From the NCBI GenBank assembly GCA_002269645.1, contig NIVC01000013.1:744001-808000 (forward strand): a DNA stretch of 64,000 nt, given 5' to 3'. This DNA comes from Macrostomum lignano (Eukaryota). The translations under genes and the position numbers were made by a program. The notes beneath the pieces were generated by a model. It made no database searches and was not told the origin of the DNA. It saw only the letters and a program-made list of their open reading frames with translations. This document shows positions 28,355-40,164 of this stretch, one piece after another. Positions within the stretch are counted from its first letter, which is position 1. Every line of letters begins with the position of its first letter.

Positions 28355-29650
28355 TGTCTCGTGTCTTTAGTGTCTGTCTAAATGTGCATTTAGTGTCTGT
28401 CTAAATGTACATTTAGTGTCTGTCTTGTGTCTTTAGTGTCTGTCTCAGTGAGTCTTCAGTGTCTGTCTTAAAGAGTCTTCAGTGTGTCTCAGTGAGTCTT
28501 CAGTGTCTGTCTCAGTGACTCTTCAGTGTCTGTCTCAGTGACTCTTCAGTGTCTGTCTTAATGAGTCTTCAGTGTCTGTCTCAGTGAGTCTTCAGTGTCT
28601 GTCTCAGTGAGTCTTCAGTGTCTGTCTCAGTGAGTCTTCAGTGTCTGTCTCAGTGAGTCTTCAGTGTGTCTCAGTGAGTCTTCAGTGTCTGTCTCAGTGA
28701 GTCCTCAGTGTCTGTCTCAGTGAGTCTTCAGTGTCTGTCTCAGTGAGTCTTCAGTGTGTCTCAGTGAGTCTTCAGTGTCTGTCTCAGTGAGTCCTCAGTG
28801 TCTGTCTCAGTGAGTCTTCAGTGTCTGTCTTAATGAGTCTTCAGTGTGTCTCAGTGAGTCTTCAGTGTCTGTCTCAGTGAGTCTTCAGTGTCTGTCTCAG
28901 TGAGTCTTCAGTGTCTGTCTCAGTGAGTCTTCAGTGTGTCTCAGTGAGTCTTCAGTGTCTGTCTCAGTGAGTCTTCAGTGTCTGTCTCAGTGAGTCTTCA
29001 GTGTCTGTCTCAGTGAGTCTTCAGTGTCTGTCTTAAAGAGTCTTCAGTGTGTCTCAGTGAGTCTTCAGTGTCTGTCTCAGTGAGTCTTCAGTGTCTGTCT
29101 CAGTGAGTCTTCAGTGTCTGTCTTAATGAGTCTTCAGTGTGTCTCAGTGAGTCTTCAGTGTCTGTCTCAGTGAGTCTTCAGTGTCTGTCTCAGTGAGTCT
29201 TCAGTGTCTGTCTCAGTGAGTCTTCAGTGTCTGTCTCAGTGAGTCTTCAGTGTCTGTCTTAAAGAGTCTTCAGTGTCTGTCTCAGTGAGTCTTCAGTGTC
29301 TGTCTCAGTGAGTCTTCAGTGTCTGTCTCAGTGAGTCTTCAGTGTCTGTCTCAGTGAGTCCTCAGTGTCTGTCTCAGTGAGTCTTCAGTGTCTGTCTTAA
29401 TGAGTCTTCAGTGTGTCTCAGTGAGTCTTCAGTGTCTGTCTCAGTGAGTCTTCAGTGTCTGTCTCAGTGAGTCTTCAGTGTCTGTCTCAGTGACTCTTCA
29501 GTGTCTGTCTCAGTGACTCTTCAGTGTCTGTCTTAATGAGTCTTCAGTGTGTCTCAGTGAGTCTTCAGTGTCTGTCTCAGTGAGTCCTCAGTGTCTGTCT
29601 CAGTGAGTCCTCAGTGTCTGTCTCAGTGAGTCCTCAGTGTCTGTCTCAGT
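28355..29650. repeat. 23-bp minisatellite TCAGTGAGTCTTCAGTGTCTGTC with 21-bp and TTAATGAG variants
   Basis: Direct reading. Confidence 0.97.
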
Positions 29651-30945
29651 GTGTGCTTCAAGAGCGTAAAAAACTATTGGTGTAACGGCAAACAGTTCTA
29701 TATACAAAAATCTCTACGATAAACAAATTCGTTTATAAATAACTTTTATATGGCCCAAGCATGTCAACGGAGAAGTTAGCTTTAAAGTATTCTATAGCGA
29801 CTTCATGCATCGAATTTAGAAGAAGCAGTTACCTATCAGCGACATGACTTGGTGCAGTTATTAGAAATCTGATCATGATCAGTTTTGGCTTCAAGGCCGA
29901 CCCCATCCCCCGACTTTTAATGGGTCCAAGCATCCTAATTCATTATTATTCAGGGCAGCTACTCACCAAACATCATCTACATGTCAATCCACAAAAGCCT
30001 TCACTCTCTCTGCAGTCTAGCAAAATGAAAAAAAATCGCCCCATCAGCTGGGACAACACTGATCTCGTTTCCTCTTAACCTCGGGAGTCGGGACATGACT
30101 GCGCTGCATGGCGCTGGTCATTGCCCCCCCCCCCCGGACCTCATTGTCCTATTAGGTTTCTATATTGTTGAAATCTTGATTCAGTAGTTGCGTGATGGCA
30201 GACAGACAGGCAGACAGGAAGGCTTAATGGTGGGCAGATTGGGGCAATGAGAGACTATGAACTCGACATTGGTGAAATTGGGACTAGATAGACAAGAAAT
30301 GATGAAATTTGAAACACCCACAGACAGGCAGACTGACTGACAAAACAATTTGCATCTTTAAATATTGAATATTAAAACAAACAGAAATTTTATAGTTTAG
30401 TCAATTCCTTCCAGAGAACTTTATCTGCTTAGTTTTCTGTTTACATCTTTTACAAGTGTGGGCAACTGTCTATTTTAAAGTTTTTTCAGACTTTAAACAA
30501 ATTTCACAATCTCATTCATCTTATAAAGATTACTTCATGCTTCATTTAGAAAGATCGCGAAACTCACTATGCTATTTGTAAGTAGGGTATGCAGTTAAAT
30601 TTTGTATAAAAATTGAGGGCATTGATATTTATAAACATTGGGGATTTATGAAATGCAATTGTTTTACCTGTAATGCCGCCTGTGATTGAATATGAGTATT
30701 GTTAGGATTTTCACACTAAACAAAATTCAATAAGCAAGTGAAAGTGTGACGCAGTCGAAAGCGGAATAGGGCCAGTGCAAGCTACAGGTGCTTATCAATG
30801 ATTGGCTGATTTGTGTATATATACGGAACCAAGGTTAGATGCACAACAAAACGCTGTTTGGTGTTTCAATTTTATTTACTTCTGTGCAAAATTCGTGCAG
30901 CTAAAATCCGTAGTCTGCGCCAAAAATCTCATTTTCCAAGAAACA

Positions 30946-31482
30946 CTATTTGGCATCGCCGAACAGAGCCATCAGCTGTTTGACACGAGAACCGCCGCCA
31001 ACCTGGAGGCCGATCGCGCCGCTTGCTGACGCGCTTCTCGACGTTTTCGCAGCCGCCGACATCTCCGACACGCAGCGGCGCCAGTCGGAATCCCGACGCT
31101 CCGTCTTTGTAGGTGTCACCGACATCGTCGACACACTGCCGTTCGACCGTCGCCGACGCTCTGGGGTGCGACAGTCGCTGGCAGGAGCCGGTTGCAGCTG
31201 CACTGGTGGCACGTAGGCAAAAGGCGAAGTCTTGGCCAGGCGTAGGGAGATCTCGATCTCGGATTCCACCTGAGGCGTGGCGGCGTCGACTGTGCTATCC
31301 GATTCGCCGGCGGTTGTTGTCTTTGTCGAACGATCGGAATTGGAGCAGCTCGGGGCTGGCGTGGAGATCTCGGGTATTTTAGACAGCTCAGTGACCACCG
31401 TGCTGCCGTCCTCGCCAATGGAGAGCAGCTTTTGGCGATCGCAGTCAGCGGGTAGCGATTCGGGCAGCTGCTCCTCCTCCAC
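30946..31482 (-). CDS. Orphan disordered Ser/Arg-rich protein, terminal coding exon 3
   Basis: Acceptor ATCCAG|GTG at 31483/31482, phase 0 matching the upstream exon; open to TAG at 30948-30946; GC-rich coding-like composition. Confidence 0.7.
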   Translation of the reverse strand: MEEEQLPESLPADCDRQKLLSIGEDGSTVVTELSKIPEISTPAPSCSNSDRSTKTTTAGESDSTVDAATPQVESEIEISLRLAKTSPFAYVPPVQLQPAPASDCRTPERRRRSNGSVSTMSVTPTKTERRDSDWRRCVSEMSAAAKTSRSASASGAIGLQVGGGSRVKQLMALFGDAK

Positions 31483-31537
31483 CTGGATTTGACACATTTA
31501 TTAGGATAGATGAAAAACCATGACGAGCTATTTTTCT

Positions 31538-31860
31538 GAGGCACCTGAAGGACTTAAAGCTAGTCTTCTACACACACTAAAACGATATTTTAAAATCTAA
31601 AGCTACTTTTGGGGGGGCTTCTGTAACATGTAGGTCCAGGCACCTCAAGAGGGACTCATAGCTAGTCAATATACTAAAATGATACTAAATATAAAGCCCC
31701 TTTTTTGGGGCTTCTATAGAGGGCACCTCAAGAGGGACTTACAACTAGTCTACACACACTAAAACGATATTAAAATCTAAAGCTACTTTTTGGGGGGCTT
31801 CTGTAACATGTAGGTCCAGGCACCTCAAGAGGGACTCATAGCTAGTCCATATATACTAAA
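31538..31860. repeat. Imperfect ~185-bp tandem duplication within intron
   Basis: Two copies of CTACACACACTAAAACGATATT...GGCTTCTGTAACATGTAGGTCCAGGCACCTCAAGAGGGACTCATAGCTAGTC. Confidence 0.8.
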
Positions 31861-31933
31861 TTTACAAGCACTATTCGGATACTAAAATACTATGCAAATA
31901 ATACAGATTAGATCTTTTCATTTCATTGCGCAC

Positions 31934-32614
31934 CTTCAAGGCCACAAAATAATCATCGGCGTTTGATTGAAAGCGCCGGAACAATCTGCTCGGATTTTGA
32001 TCCGGCGAGGTCGGCGAGCCGGTCCCGCTGGTTTTTGAACCTCGTCGACTCTGATTGAACGCCTCCAGCTCCTCCTGCGTTGTTTCGTGATGAAACAAGC
32101 GGTACATACCTCCGGTTGCGCCGCCAGCAGCTGACGGTCGCCTAAGCAGTTGGGCAGGCCGACCGCCCAAGCTCGGCGTAGTCACTGTGCTGGCGTCCAA
32201 CGAAAACTTTCGTCGGTTAGACGACGATATCGAAGACATCGGCTGAATAGGCTTTGCTGCCGTTTCAACAGCGCCTGGGGAAGCTTTGCTTGTCACTAAA
32301 GTTTCCGAGGTCACTAGGGATCCTCTTGAAGACAGTCGCCTGTTGCGTCTCAGGTCGCAGCTGGAGACAGTGTTCAACCGACCGGTCCTGCCGATGGAGC
32401 CGTCGAAGCTCTCCGACAGGTTGTCAGTCGCCAGTGGCGAGTCCTCAGCTAGAGTTGGCATGGGGTCCACAAAAGCAGACGGCGAGACCGGCGCCGCCAG
32501 AAGACAGTGCGGCGAGTGCGGCTGCGACGTCTGCGGCAGCTGGAGTAGTATTGGAGACTTCGCTGTGCTCGGTAGGGAAGCCGATGTGCTCGGAACAGAT
32601 GCGTACGGCTCGGG
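31934..32614 (-). CDS. Orphan disordered Ser/Arg-rich protein, coding exon 2
   Basis: Acceptor CTTTTCAAG|CCC at 32615/32614 and donor AAG|GTGCGC at 31934/31933, both phase 0; 227 open codons. Confidence 0.72.
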
Positions 32615-33456
32615 CTTGAAAAGGTGAAAGTTGCAATAGTTACAGTACATAATTTCAATACCAATTCGCTTATAATTACTGTATTGCTAAACTATTAAAA
32701 ACCGTTGCAAGATTTTGTAGAGCGCAGTCATGTTAATTGCATGGTAAGATAATTCGGGTTAATTGTTTATGGCTTAACCCACCCTCAAAAGCCTTAACAG
32801 ATATGCTGCCTGAAGCAACAGTCAAGTAGCTTCGAGGTTAACCACCCGCTGAGAATGTCTATGGCCAAAAGGTCATTGTTTCAATGCAAAGCTAGCGGGC
32901 GGTCAACGAAATACTTTACACGTCCACCGAGACTATCCGTGGTAACTCCTCACTTAGCGCTATGCCAAAACTAGCTGCTATGGTCGAGATTAAATGGCAA
33001 TATTACAAAATGAAACGGGAAAATGGTTTTACAACTAACCAAAAACCTGCGCGGTCTCATGCTGGACAAAGTAGGCCTCGTAGCTGTAAGTCACCACACG
33101 GGGTTTTGTGTCTGATTTATTCTTTATATATGAGTGTCAGGCAGGTATTAAAGGCCAGTTTTTTAGTTTGCTAAATGGGCCATCCATGCACACACTGACG
33201 CTGCAAGTCCATGTACTTCTGCTGTATCGAGAAAATCCTTTAATATAGCTACAGGAAGTGGGGCACAAGGTTAATTCATTCTCAAACAAGTAGACCAAAC
33301 TCTGAATTGCTCACAAGAAATATAGAGCATAACCTTGGGACCCCGGTCTTTATAGGTAGCTACTGTATTGAAATAAATTTCGTAGCTTCGCCAGCAGTAA
33401 CATACAGTATATGACTATTAATTCAGTGTTTATTCAAATCTAGCTAAGATAGATGA

Positions 33457-33457
33457 C

Positions 33458-33509
<52 letters not shown>

Positions 33510-33530
33510 TAGACAGACAGACAGACAGAC

Positions 33531-33565
<35 letters not shown>

Positions 33566-33649
33566 TAGACAGACAGATAGATATAGAGAGATAGATAGAT
33601 AGATAGAGAGATAGATAGACAGATAGATAAATAGATAGATAGATAGATA
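33457..33649. repeat. Mixed (GACA)n/(GATA)n microsatellite
   Basis: Direct reading. Confidence 0.93.
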
Positions 33650-33760
33650 TAAAGGCATACGAGCACGGACAGAGATTGAATAAAAAATGGACTGATAGAC
33701 AGGAGCCAGATTTTATATAGATTTAAGAGTAGTGCAGAGTTTATTAAAGCAAATTCTCAC

Positions 33761-34195
33761 CTGCAGACAGACTCCTGCAGTAGACGCAGCAGCAGTGGCA
33801 GCAGCAGCAGCAGCCGCCCTGTCCCCATGCAGCCTGGCAAACTCTGCCATCACGGCTTCCGCATGCGCCCTGGTATGAAAGGGACTCCTGTCTGCCGGTC
33901 GGAACCTTCTAATCTCGCACTCCTCGCACAGCGCCGAACTGGACGAAGCACGACGAACTCCAGTCGTTGCAAAAGTATCTCCAGCACCGTCGCAGCCTAC
34001 GTTGCTCAGCTCCTGCCAGGACCCTCGCCGATCCCCGTCGCTATAGGTTGAATAGTAAGCCGATTCTGCGGAACAGCGCCGCTCCTGATGCTGCAGAAGG
34101 TCCCGCGCGGCAGCAGCTGCCGCCACCGCTGCTGGCACATTCAGTGCCGCCCTATTAGACGGCGCATACAGATGCTGAGGGGCTTCGGTTGTCAT
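33761..34195 (-). CDS. Orphan disordered Ser/Arg-rich protein, coding exon 1 (start ATG 34195; alternative in-frame ATG at 34297)
   Basis: ORF MTTEAPQ...VCLQ ends at phase-0 donor CAG|GTGAGA (33761/33760); joins exons 2 and 3 in frame to ~550 aa. Confidence 0.7.
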
Positions 34196-34794
34196 TATAA
34201 TATTATAATTAGATTGCCTATAGCTTGACGCGGTGTTTTTATCGCCAATTTCGTTGGAATTATGCTTCTTTATATATACAGCCTGCTGGTCTCTCATATC
34301 TGCTACCAGACAGCTGTTGTTTATTTGGCGCAAAATTCACGCACAGCTGTTGGTGAGGCGCAGACTCTATAGAGTGCGCGTACGAGTATAGAGAAGTATA
34401 AAAATTAAGCATTCAAAGCTTGTTTATTGGCTGAGAAGTAGATGAGATGCCAACCATTTTTATTTTTTACTGAAGTATCTCTCTGCGAAGTTTTTTTTAC
34501 TCCTCTGCTACTTTGCTTTTGTAGGTTTGGTTAGAAAATTGTTTTCTTTGAGTTTCATCGTTGCGTCCTGTTTACTTAAGTTTGTTTATTGCAGAGCAGT
34601 TGAGTGAATAAATAAATCCTTTATATTTGCATACACAAAATCTGATTGACTTTCTATAATAAACGCATGTACGCGCTCGTAGATAAACTGATTGATTTTA
34701 TGACACACACCGGCATGTACTGTAGGTGTCAAAAAGAATTATTGTATAACTTATTGCAGATTGAGCTAGTGTTTCCTGTGCTGTGTGCATAAAG

Positions 34795-35003
34795 ATCTGA
34801 TCATCTGATTGATTGTTGCGCCCATCTGATTGACTGTGGCGCCAATCTGATCAATTGTGGGCCTGTGGCGCCAATCTGATTGACTGTGGTGCTAATCTGA
34901 TCGCTTGTGGCGCCGATTTGATCAACTGTGGCGCTAATCTGATTGACTCTGGCGCCAATCTGACTGATTGTGACACCGATCTGATTGACTATGGGGCTAA
35001 TCT
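34795..35003. repeat. Degenerate 21-bp minisatellite TGTGGCGCCAATCTGATTGAC
   Basis: Direct reading. Confidence 0.85.
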
Positions 35004-36266
35004 AATATCATTGATGTCGAGCTTCCGTTAGCCTTTTGGAGTGCACCTCAGTCATACGTTCTACTAAAGTACTTTACGTTAGATTTTAACGCTTCAATGA
35101 AGAATTTGCATGCCGTTGGCCTAAAGTGAACCCAATTCATAGAGGACGGTCTCTAGAGTAGACGGACAACTAATCGATTTACTTAAAAAAGCAAGTTCAT
35201 GAACTTAACAAGCCCACGAAGCATGAATTGTTTCTTTAAAGATAAGAAAAATGAAGCGCAAGAAACGTCAGCCTAGCATTCCATGCCTCGTTTTTTAAGA
35301 GTATTTAAGCTGTTCCAAGATTCGTTCACATAGGCAGACAGAACGCGGTTCGCTTGTACGCAGGCTCTCGCCAAGAGATATTCAACTGTTCCAGTGCTAA
35401 ATTGCTTAGCAATGTTGCAGAGTAAAGACAATAGCAGCCTTTTTGGATACCCGCTGCGAAAATAACTATCAACTGTTCTTATTTTTTCTATCTCTTAAAC
35501 CAAACGAATCCCAGTCTCCGTCTAAGCCAGTCTTCTTTTGTGGTTATTTTTTCAAAAACCTTTCTTGACCGAAAGCTTCGTAGCTCTTTTAATTAGTCTG
35601 GGCTATTTTCTCAGCGTAAATAAAAAACACACCTCGTGAGGCTGCAAGCGCGTTAACGGGCTGTTTTTTATTGATCAAATATCGCGTGTTTACCTTTGCT
35701 TGCGTGCTGCATCACATGATGAACTGAGCAAACTCTTATTAGTTAGCTGTTCTGGTTAGCAAATTTAATAGATTTATGAGTATCGTTAGATAAGAGTCGT
35801 TTTTAGGCCCTATGTTTTAGCGATTCTCAATATAAATAACGAAGGACGAAACCATTTGAGACCATCAAGATATTCAACTGACTTTTCGTTTTAAAATATC
35901 AGGAACTACAAATATAAGATAGTTATAGTTAGCTGACTAAGGTTTACACAAGCTGCTCTGGAATCTTCTAGCAAAACAATTGAAAAACTGCACTTAAGAA
36001 CTACTTGTGTACCCATTTCAGCTAATATAGTTTACTATACTCCTATCGCATAATTGCTAAATGAATTCTTAAAAAAACTGTCCGACAGAAGACTGAATTG
36101 TTGAAATTTAAATCGTTTATTACATATAGAAAACGTGATTTCATTTTATTTATTACTAACGATAGAGATATACTTGCACTAATTAAATGCATTTAACAAA
36201 TAAAAAGTTCTCAAACGGTGTCGAGTTATATAAACAAACCCAGCCCCCCTCCTAAGTTAAACACGA

Positions 36267-36509
36267 TTAGGCCTTGCGCTTCTGGGCGCTGATGTACAAC
36301 ACATTGTTGCCGCGAAGAAAAGCGATACCATACTTGGCCTTGAGCTGACCATTGATGTACTCCTCGGTCTGGTCTAGCACAATATTCATAAAGCCATCCA
36401 GACAGACAAGGACGCCGCGATAGTCGACACCAGAGTTTAATTTAACAACAACCGGACGGTGGATTATTTGTTTAAGGAAATCGCTCGGCGTCTGTCGAGT
36501 GCTACTCAT
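36267..36509 (-). CDS. LSM6: U6 snRNA-associated Sm-like protein LSm6 (80 aa, uninterrupted CDS)
   Basis: QTPSDFLKQII.RPVVVKLNSGVDYRGVL.CLDG.MNI.L.QTEEY.NGQLK.KYG.AF.RGNNVLYIS is the LSm6 signature; acceptor TTTCAG at 36533, 23 nt before the ATG; AATAAA ~120 nt after the stop. Confidence 0.96.
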   Translation of the reverse strand: MSSTRQTPSDFLKQIIHRPVVVKLNSGVDYRGVLVCLDGFMNIVLDQTEEYINGQLKAKYGIAFLRGNNVLYISAQKRKA

Positions 36510-37269
36510 AGTAGGCTACGGTGGGCGATAGGCTGAAATAGTTAAAAAGTTAAGAAAAATGGTAGTTATTATTCTATAGAAGCCTTTCCAGTTTTCCAGC
36601 TATTGCTATTAGTAAACTATAATAAGCTTGTAATGCTGCTAGAGTCTGTGAATATTGAAAAATAAGGAACTACTAATACACAAACTATTTTATACAGAAA
36701 ATATATCATTTCTTAGAATCAAGTTCAACCTTGCTGACAGACAGAGATTGAACTGACGTACACTCATGTTTTATTAAGGTTCCAACGGATGAAATGTTGT
36801 ATTATTCATATCTAGTACACAGAGTTTTTATATCGTACAGAAAGGCAGTCAGCAGAATTAAAATGTTTACATTTTTAAAAGATACTATTAGGCAGAGACA
36901 CACTATACCTACTTAGAAGTAGCAATGACGGATTATTTTTTTATAAATTAGAACACAGCTTTTTTGCATCAACGTATGCAAGCCTAAAATAACAGACAGA
37001 CAAGTTACATTTTCGGAATACAAGTATAACACTCAGTTAATTAATTAGCAGTTATTACTGTCAGTAGTACGTACAACACACGCACGCCGAGTACACTGGC
37101 TTACATAGAACAAAGTTGAATTGAAGATTACACAGAATCGGAATCATTTTTTACGTTTTGGTTAAAAAACGAAAGTAATCGTATTAACAAATTCCGCGAG
37201 AGTATAAAAACAAGGCCAATACGATTCTATTTGTTGATAGAGCAATTTTTGCGCATTTTTTCCAACGCA

Positions 37270-37656
37270 AACTAGATGGGCCACTCAGGCATAATATACT
37301 TCGCAAAACAGCTTTCACTTTCAGTTCATTAGCAATAATACATAAGCTATTTTATAAAAATGAAGGCAGCTGAAATGACTTTGATAAGTTCAGAAGACCC
37401 AAGCTTGCAGGCGTAAACAACTTGCTAATTGGTTCAACAATATGTAATTAGCCAGTCCACTGAAATGTACATGGCAGCTTTAGGCTGGAATTCCGAGAAG
37501 GCAATAAAAATCGGGGCGGGCGGTTGGAGGGTTTAAGCTGGGGGGTAAGAGCCAATAAATGAGCCGTCTGTAAAAATACATTAAAATGCTTCTATTTAAC
37601 TTACTACTGAACTGAAAGTAGCTTGCACGCAAATGTGCTGAGTGGCCCATTTAGTT
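37270..37656. mobile_element. MITE-like element with imperfect terminal inverted repeats
   Basis: AACTAGATGGGCCACTCAG (37270-37288) vs CTGAGTGGCCCATTTAGTT (37638-37656); a second matching block ACTTTCAGTTCA(T/G)TAG further in. No clear TSD. Confidence 0.55.
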
Positions 37657-37967
37657 ATTTAGTCTGTGGTTCTGTAGTAATTAACAATAATTATCATTGC
37701 TTTTTTCGATATTAATGGTTACAATCCGCAGATGTACATACATCGAACAAAAATGCAAACACAGTTTAGTGATACAATGGGCACGCGCATATCCTTGTCA
37801 GTAGATAAAAATGTGTTTGTAGAAATAAGAATTTCATATTGAGACAGAGACACAGAGCCTGACAGAGGACACTTCGGGCCTGTCAATTGATTACTGAAAC
37901 CTTGCGCTTGTTTTTTTAGCCTCAAAATGCCAGTTTACACGCAGTTGAAGAAAACTACAGCCTCAAC

Positions 37968-38835
37968 TCAAACAGAACTCTGTCCACCTGACGGATGTTT
38001 ATCTCCGCCGTTTGTGAGCCGCCGGAACGCCGTAGCCGCCGCCCCCGCCGTGACCGTTTGGTCGGTCCCGGTGCCGCCGCTTCCCCCGATGCTGCTGCAC
38101 GCCGCGAGAGTCTCTCTGGCCGCCGCCGCCGCCGCCGCCGCCATCGCGTCGTCGATGCCGCCGGCGTCGATCGCGGGAGAACGACCTCGACCTAGATCGC
38201 GTTCGCGACCTTGACCTTGAACGCGACCTCGACCTCGATCGGCTATTCTCGTCAGCTTCGTCATATAGGAGCTGCCAGCAGCTGCAGCGCCAGCGTCATT
38301 GTCGTCGGAGTCAGCGCCGCCATTTTCGTCGTCTCCGCGGTGTCGATTTCGTCGAGAATTTTTCAACATCGACGAAGACTTTTTCGACGAAGATTTGTGC
38401 TGCTGTCGGGGAGAAAACTCGGATCGTTTCTGCGACTTGGAGTCGGCGCCGGCAGTAGATGATGAAGCAGCAACTGCCGGTGAGCTGACTCCAACAGGCG
38501 TGCCGGATGCGGAATCTGGGCCGCTAAGCTGCTGCTGTTGGCCGCTGGCGGCTCCGGCAGACTTGGCGGCAGCTTTCGCTCGGTCCATGCCTTTCTTAGC
38601 CTCGACTACAGCGGCCTCAGCTGCCGACCAGTCAATGGGCGGCCTGGCGTACAGATTCAACAGCGTGTGACAAATCTCCACAGACTGTTCGTAGGAGCAG
38701 TCCAACAGCTCCATCCAATCGTCTGGCAGCGGCACGCGCAGCTTCCTAGCCGATAACAGGATGCAGCCGCAGGCGACTTGCTCGGGACTGTATTGGCAGA
38801 ACACGTGCGTTCGGAAACTGTCGTTCATGTAGTTC
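37968..38835 (-). CDS. CCNL1: Cyclin L, coding exon 4 (second cyclin box and C-terminus). RS domain lies in the -1 frame from ~38265 to TAA at 38001-37999
   Basis: Acceptor CGCAG|G at 38836/38835 completes W-NYMNDSFRTHVFCQYSPEQVACGCILLSARKLRVPLP (cyclin L motif NYMNDS.RT). Confidence 0.9.
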
Positions 38836-40164
38836 CTGCGAATGCGGACGAGAAGTTCCAATAAAATATTAAAAGGCACCGTAGAAGCAGGAATTCAAGA
38901 AATTAATTAGGAAACTTACCAAGGCAATGGATTGATATGCAAATTAGATAACCACTAGAGTCTATATTTATAAACCTGCTTCAATGTAAGCCAAATACAG
39001 TAGTGACAGATGGCTTCTACTGTTATAATTCAATAAATAGAAATGAACATACTGATAATTATAATAAATATTTTGCATTGCTACACTTGAAGGGCTGTCA
39101 TCATCATATTAGAATTGATTCAAATTTCAACAAATGGTTTTACATCAATAAGCCAAGTTAGAAAACAAAATAAAAGAAAAAAAACAATTAAACCTGGAAT
39201 TTCTGACTGTTTGGTTTTTCTAGTAAACTAAAACACTTTAGTAGCCATTTTGTGAGCCACTGAACTTGTATATTTATTGGCAAATTGTGGTTCAATGAAC
39301 AAATTTAGATTTCTAAATAACAAAAACCATGATACGCTTAAAGATTAGGTAACCTTATTATACTGTTAACTAGTCTTAGTAGTATGGACCCGATAAAAAT
39401 GGTACCTAGGCCAAGAAGCGTTCTTAGAGTCACTTAATTGCGTCGCCCCCAGGTAACACAGGTAAAACAGGAAGGGACTCTAGATGACGATTTTGCAACT
39501 CACGTGATCAGCGCTAGCGACTCCATCGCAATCACAAGTCACCAGGAAGTTGTTCGCCAATGACTATTTAGCAATTTTGGTCACGGTAACGTTTTCAAAC
39601 GGGCAAAACTTAAACCTATTTATTTCTATGGTATATAAAGCCATAAATATTCTCTCTTTTACTCGTAAAGTTCATAATATAAATAATGTCAAAGACAAAC
39701 TTAACAACAGTTGTCCAGGTGGTCCAGCACGCTTTAGACTACGGTGTGTGTTGATCTCCATTAAACCGCCTTCTGCTGCAACAAGAAAATCACCGCGCAA
39801 TCAAGTGCCGCGACTGCCCTGATAAAGATATTGTATAAATCTGCTGAAAATCTTAATGCACAATATAAATCAACACGACAGGCGTAGAAGTAATAAATAA
39901 GTCACGTGTCTCGTTGTCCATCATCAACTCGGGTGACCGTAGGGATGGTGCATTGCACAGCAGTCCGCGAGTATCACTTGTCTCTGATCTGTGTCAGGAA
40001 TGCATTGCAAGCCCGGTGTTATTTAATCAAATCTTCTGACAAACGATACAAAGGCCTATAAACCGTTCGGACAGGCAGACAGGCAGTACTGCTGTTTGAC
40101 AAACCTCTGACGACAAGACTCTCGGAATTATCCTGGCTCGCTACCCTCCGTGGGTAATTAATTA

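Noticed and set aside
38240-38300. Programmed -1 ribosomal frameshifting as the cause of the cyclin L and innexin frame shifts
   Set aside because: No X_XXY_YYZ slippery heptamer in the permitted windows; two -1 shifts in one window fit single-base consensus deletions better.
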